Shown here: piece after piece, positions 51,001-57,000 of the stretch
Numbering within the stretch: the stretch's first letter is position 1
Layout of the letters: each line of letters begins with the position of its first letter
Source: Owenia fusiformis
Lineage: Eukaryota
Assembly: GCA_903813345.2 (NCBI GenBank)
Contig: CAIIXF020000001.1
Location: forward strand, 42,842,001 to 42,906,000
Length of the DNA stretch: 64,000 bases
Direction: 5' to 3'
Program-made: the position numbers and the translations under genes
The notes under the pieces: model-generated
Seen by the model: the letters and a program-made list of their open reading frames with translations, nothing else
Database searches by the model: none
Told to the model about the DNA's origin: nothing

Positions 51001-54000
51001 GGGTTATTGTTGTTGCATCATAGTACTTGTCAATTTTGATTTTGAGTAATTTTAACTTTTCCTGTGGCAGTCTTGCTTCCATTTTGATTGTGTCCAATTC
51101 TATACCATACACAATTTGACATGTTTTTGGCTTGCATGTTTTTGAGTCTTTGATTGGAAGACCAATATTTTTTGCTACTTTGAGAAAAGTTTCGAGATTT
51201 TTGTTGCAGGTTCCATATGTCTTGCCAATGAAAACGAAATCATCGAGATAGTGAGAGGTGTCTTGTATTCCAAAGGAAATGTTCAATATTTTCTCGAGAT
51301 TGGAGCTAAATCTCTCAAAAATTTGGCTGGAAGAAGCGCAACCTTGTGGCAAAACTGTATCATAATAATACATATCATTCCATGAAAAACCTAACAGGTG
51401 ATGGTCCTCTTTACAAATAGGAATAATTCGGTAAGCATTTTCGACGTCAGATTTTGAAATAAAAGAACCCCTCCCATTTTTTTGGATTAAATGGATAACT
51501 TTGTCTATGGAGTCATAGTGAACTGTTGAAGCATGTTCGGAGATACCGGCATTCACTGAGTTGGACTGCCTACTGGGGAAACTTAGGTCATGTATTACTC
51601 TGAATTTACCATGTTCTTTCTTTGGAATCAGGCCAAGAGGTGAAGATCTAAAATTTTTCAAGGGAGGATTTGAGAATGGTCCAATAATTCTATTAGCGCT
51701 TAATTCTTTGTCTAGATATGCTTCAATGACCTTTGGGGACTTGTTAACTGAATTATGGTTGTATGTGATTGAGGATTCTATATTCCTGGGGCCCTCATAT
51801 TGTAATTGGAAACCGACTGTAAAACCATTTTTCAGAAAATTGTGTTCAGATTCATTTAGGCATTGCATAATTGCTCCTAAGGGTCTCACATTAATCGGTG
51901 TTATGATTTTGTGTGTCTGTGCACTTGAAAGCAGACATTGGGGATGTGTGTGTTTCTCTTTTGCATTTAAAGCATAGATGTTTGAATTTGCAGGAGGAGT
52001 TTTTTGTACATTTTCCAAATTTTTGGAATGAGAAACAGTATCCCTTTGGGATGGTGGATTGTTTGTTACCGGAGTATTTTTTGTCTGGTTTTTGGTTGAC
52101 TGGCTTTTGGGTTTCAAGAAAGGGCTGCCCTAGGCGTAGTGAAGCTTTTGAGAAAAGTTCAGTGTTGAAGTGGTCCCATTGAAAATTCATTTGCTTCTTG
52201 TTGAGTCTAAAGTTTTCATCATAGAGCTTAGCTGTTTGAAAGTTTCCGTATTGGGCCATTTCTCTAATATCTTCACCATATTTCAATAGCTTGGTGACCT
52301 CATTTTTGTGTGCTTGGCAATAAATTGATGTGTAAATGTGAAAAGCAGTTGTCCAATTGTTTATGTTGTATATCAGGTTCTTTACCTTTGGGGGGTTAAC
52401 AAGATCGCTTATAGCTTGACTTAGGGGGTTAACTAGTTTTGGTCTTAAATCTTGAGTGGCTGTTAATAGTTGGTTGAAATCTACATAGGCGTTTGAGACA
52501 ATTTGTTTTTTAATTTTTTCTTCAATTCTGGATGTTAGGGGAATTCCTGCCCCTGTTAATGGAATAATATTTGGTGGTGCCAAATGATAGGACTCACCCG
52601 CACTGGCCTCTTCTGTGGGAGCCTTCAGGAAGTTCTCTATAATCTCTCCCATGTTTGAATCTGGCGGAGAAGCTGAAGTTGAAGGCGACGGTTCCTGCTC
52701 TTGCCTGAGCTTTTTGAACAAAGACTCCACAATTGCATCCCTGTCAGCTTCACTCAGACTTCCTGATTGTTTTCTCTTTTCCCCCCTATTTTGAGTGGCA
52801 GGTTCAGAGGCTGTATCCCCTTGCACTATGGTTGACCTATTTGCACTTCTTAGTTTTGGCATTGTGGTTTACCTGGAATACAGAGGGCAGCCAGAGAATT
52901 TTTTGGAAACATTGTGTTCTTACAAAAATAAGGTTATGAGGAAATGATTAAATTGCGTCTCATAATGAGAGACTAATATATAACACATATAAAAAACAAC
53001 ATGAGTACTGCATCTCATAATGAGACGACTCATATATAACACATATAAAACAACATGAGTACTGCATCTCATAATGAGACGACTCATATATAACACATAT
53101 AAAACAACATGAGTACTGCATCTCATAATGAGACGACTCATATATAACACATATACAAACAGCATGAGTACTGCATCTCGTAATGAGACGACTCATACAT
53201 AACACATATAAAACAACATGAGTACTGCATCTCATAATGAGACGACTCATATATAACACATACGAAAACAGCATGAGTACTGCATCTCGTAATGAGACGA
53301 CTCATACATAACACGTATAAAAACAACATGAGTACTGCATCTCATAATGAGACGACTCATATATAACACATATAAAAACAACATGAGTACTGCATCTCAT
53401 AATGAGACGACTCATATGTAACACATATAAAAAAACAGCATGAGTACTGCATCTCGTAATGAGACGACTCATACATAATACATATAAAACAATATGAGTA
53501 CTGCATCTCATAATGAGACGACTCATATATAACACATATAAAAACATGAGAACTGCATCTCAAATGAGACAACTCATATATAACACATATAAAACATGAG
53601 TACTGCATCTCAAATGAGATCGTTCATACCAGAACAACTAAATGTTTACAACTTAAGATATTACTCTGCTGGGAATGATGGTGGTGATAAGGACTTACCA
53701 ATATGGATATCCCTAGTAAGGATGAGTGATCTTTTTAGATTATCATGAAATCTTTGGAGGCCTATGTCATTTAGATGAATTCCATCCCAGATAGTTTGAT
53801 TCTTAAGTCCGTGAAGGTTTAAACCTTTGTTTGGAAAAATCATTATTTGTTCCCTTGCTAGATGAAAATTACACTTTTTGGCAGGCTTTCCTAATAAATG
53901 CCATATATATTCATTCACTTTATCCACTTTTTTGTTATAATCACTTGTACTTGGATGTATTCGGTGGAATAATAGCCCAATGCTGACGCATTTTACAAAT

Positions 54001-57000
54001 TCATGTTGCAACAGATAGTTGCCAACTGATATAATGGCATTGGCAATCCTCTCCGGGTCTGAACCAGGGATGTCAATATCATTCTCTCCCATCTGGAGAT
54101 AAATCAGCTCTGGTGCAAGTGTTGATATTTGTTTATACAAATGTGGAAGGAGGTGTTTTTTCTTGTTTTGAGATGATGATGTTAGAAGAACCCCTCCCCG
54201 TATACCTTGACACTCGATTTCAAATTCTGATGCGTTTAATTTAAAGTTAGGTGAGCTTTTTTCAGTGAAGTTCCTCAGCCAATATATGAATGATTGTCCG
54301 AATATGAGAGTCTTTACCGCTGCCATACTAATCCCAGCAGAGTACAAATAGGTTAGGTGTAATGTACACTTACCAAGTTTGCTGATAAAACTGATTTCCT
54401 AAGTACTCGTAATATCCAATTGTAAGGCTTGATGACCTGTGTTTGAGTCAATTCTCCTTTTTATGAATTTAAAAAACTACTACAAAAGATTTTTACTATA
54501 ATATAAATCTATATATATATATATATATAATGACTATGAAAATCAGTTAAAATCTATTTTATAAATGTATCGATATCTAGGCTCTAGGCTGTAAGTTGAA
54601 ATATCTGTGAATGAGACTAGGTAGTCTGTGAAAACAGAAACCCTAGAGCCTGGAAGATTCTGATTGGTTACTGATGTTAGAAGTTTAAAAGGTTAAATAT
54701 TGCATCACCACACAAATATCCTAATGAAGCATTAGGGTCATCTATGTATATCACTCTAATCTACATATAGATGTCAGTCTAATCCATATATATATAGAAG
54801 TGGCATTTTGGATCTTACTCTATGTATATATGATATTATATACTTCTGATTTCTCCATGCCAAATATTTTGTAAGGTTGATTAAAGGTGCACCATGCACC
54901 AGATTAGGGATCATCTCAAGATGTTTCTTTAACAGTCACCATTTCCAACATGTGTATGTATGTATATCTGGGATCTTGAGGTGGTCCCTCACTGAAACAA
55001 GACATTAGGCATGATCTTCACTTGAATGCTACTAAGGACTATATCCTCATATTCAAGTAGAAATTGTTTTGACTGAAACTTATTTTCAAACTTTTCTATA
55101 TCTAGCAACTTGAGATATGAACTTATACAAATGACTAGTCAAGTTTCAAAAAGATATATACCAAGAATTCAACATATAGGATGTCTTTGGAAAACTTATA
55201 TTATTTGTGGATAGTACATTTGTATACTGTATATGTAAGGACTTTTGAAATTAATCATAAGGCATAATATTTCTATTGTTACTATTCCTGCATCTGCAGA
55301 GATAATTCTAAAGCCCCTGGGACACAAAATGAAATCCCCAAACCACCATCTCGAACTGAGGAAATCACGTAAGGCCATATTTGGTCATTATGTCCATATT
55401 TGGTTTTGGTTATATGTAATTTGTTGGTGCAGTACCCTGTTCACTACATTGTTATTTCACCGCTTTTGATTAATATTTGTCTTGAAGTTGATATTTATTA
55501 TTTGACTTCATACGTGAAATTTGGCAGTGTTTGTCTGTTTATATTTATGTTCAATATTGTGGTCTGTATTGTATATACCTGTACATGCTTTTCTGGTATT
55601 ACCTTATATCCCATTAGAAACACAGAAATGCAATTGAAAAGCTTTGATGTGTCACCTTATACGTATAACTGTGTGTATCCACTTTATATTAGTTCTACTT
55701 CATTCAATGTTTGCATGCATTGACAAACTATTCAACAATTAATAGATTCAATCTGATTCTTTTGGTAATTACATACTGTTCTGTATGTTAGCATGAGATA
55801 ATGTGTATTTTTGTTTTTGTTTTATTTCTGGACCGAGGAAGCAGTTCTCTGTTTGTTATTGTTTTGTAATACATGTGGAGTATGTACACCAAATCATTTA
55901 CAGTAAATTGTTGTTTCAATAAGAATTTTTGAGTTGGTTAAGGTTAGATTAGATTTTTCCTTTTTCCTTCTGAATCTTTTCTATATATATAGTAGTCTAC
56001 TATCTTTCTTGTGTGGGAAGCATGACCTGTTAGAGGATTGATATTAAATAATTGATCAGTACTTTTCATTACTTTGATAGAATACAGTTTATTTGTAATT
56101 GTGTGTATAGTTTGAAAACTAAACTCATGCACAAATTTTGGCATTTTGTCGAGTGAAAAATATGAGATGTGTGCAGTCTCTTATATTTATTTTTATAACA
56201 CCCAGACTTGACTAATCAATCAATGTTATATTTCAGATCATGGATTAAGGGAGCCGTTGTGTTGATCGTGTTGTTAGGCCTGACATGGTCCTTTGGTTTC
56301 CTGTATGTGAGCCAGCATACCATTGCCATTGCTTACATCTTCACCATTCTGAACACTCTCCAGGGCATGTTCATTTTCATATTCCACTGTATTATGAATG
56401 AAAAGGTAAGGATTGATGACACTTATCTAATCAATTTAATTTTCTTATTGAGAACTTATTACTTTTAAATGTAGATACATATATAATCTGATTAGTAAAG
56501 ATATAACTATCACCTCTTATGACATCAATTATATTGTGCCAACTATAAGGGAAGAATAATACTAATGAAAGTATGGGATTGTTGTTCATAAACAATCAAT
56601 CAAAAATGTGAATGAACAAATATATCTCAGATAACCATATAGGGATGCAATCGCCGTTACCATGGTTTATATTTAACAATGAGTTTTTTAATTTGGCAAT
56701 TAGGTCCAGAAGGAGTATAAGAAGGTTGTTAGGAGAACAGAATGGCTGCCTGATTGTATCCGGGTCAAGTATGGAGAACACAAGGGCCTCTCATCTACAC
56801 CTCCCCAGTCTACTTCTTCAAACAATGTAAGTGCTACATGAATCTTGTCATGGATTTGGGCATGCTGGGTAAATTACTTGGTGGCCATTTTGAATTTTTG
56901 ATAAAAGTTTCTTGTTTCTATTCAGAATCTTTTCATGATGTTGTGGATTATTCAAGCTATAGGTCACCTGAGCTATCTGTAGAGTTGATACAGAATATCA

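Larger units (their letters stand above)
48135..54741 (-). mobile_element. Full-length Ngaro-type (DIRS order) tyrosine-recombinase retrotransposon, 6607 bp
   Basis: Minus-strand order: A1 (54741-54484), SGNH ORF, tandem array, gag, RT/RNaseH, YR, B1 (48702-48599), A2 (48600-48343), spacer, B2 (48271-48135). Split direct repeats and the absence of a methyltransferase after RNase H fit Ngaro rather than DIRS1 or PAT. All ORFs are uninterrupted. Confidence 0.93.

Noticed and set aside
49696..52939. Plus-strand ORFs within the retroelement, and antisense ORFs at 23944-24435, 37210-37518, 43465-43725 and 58284-58718
   Set aside because: They are antisense shadows of real coding sequence with no recognisable motifs.
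52920..53608. Five repetitive minus-strand ORFs ([11 protein letters not shown].../[11 protein letters not shown]...)
   Set aside because: They are translations of the tandem array; unit lengths vary by non-multiples of three, so no frame is maintained.
52954..53628. CRISPR-like appearance of the palindromic repeat array
   Set aside because: The linkers between hairpins are near-identical rather than unique spacers, there are no cas genes, and the context is a eukaryotic retroelement.
54880..54990. TTAAAGG start and AGGGATCATCTCAAGAT / ATCTTGAGGTGGTCCCT hairpin next to the retroelement
   Set aside because: It lies outside the A1 boundary and is probably a decayed DNA-transposon remnant; no matching second terminus was found.
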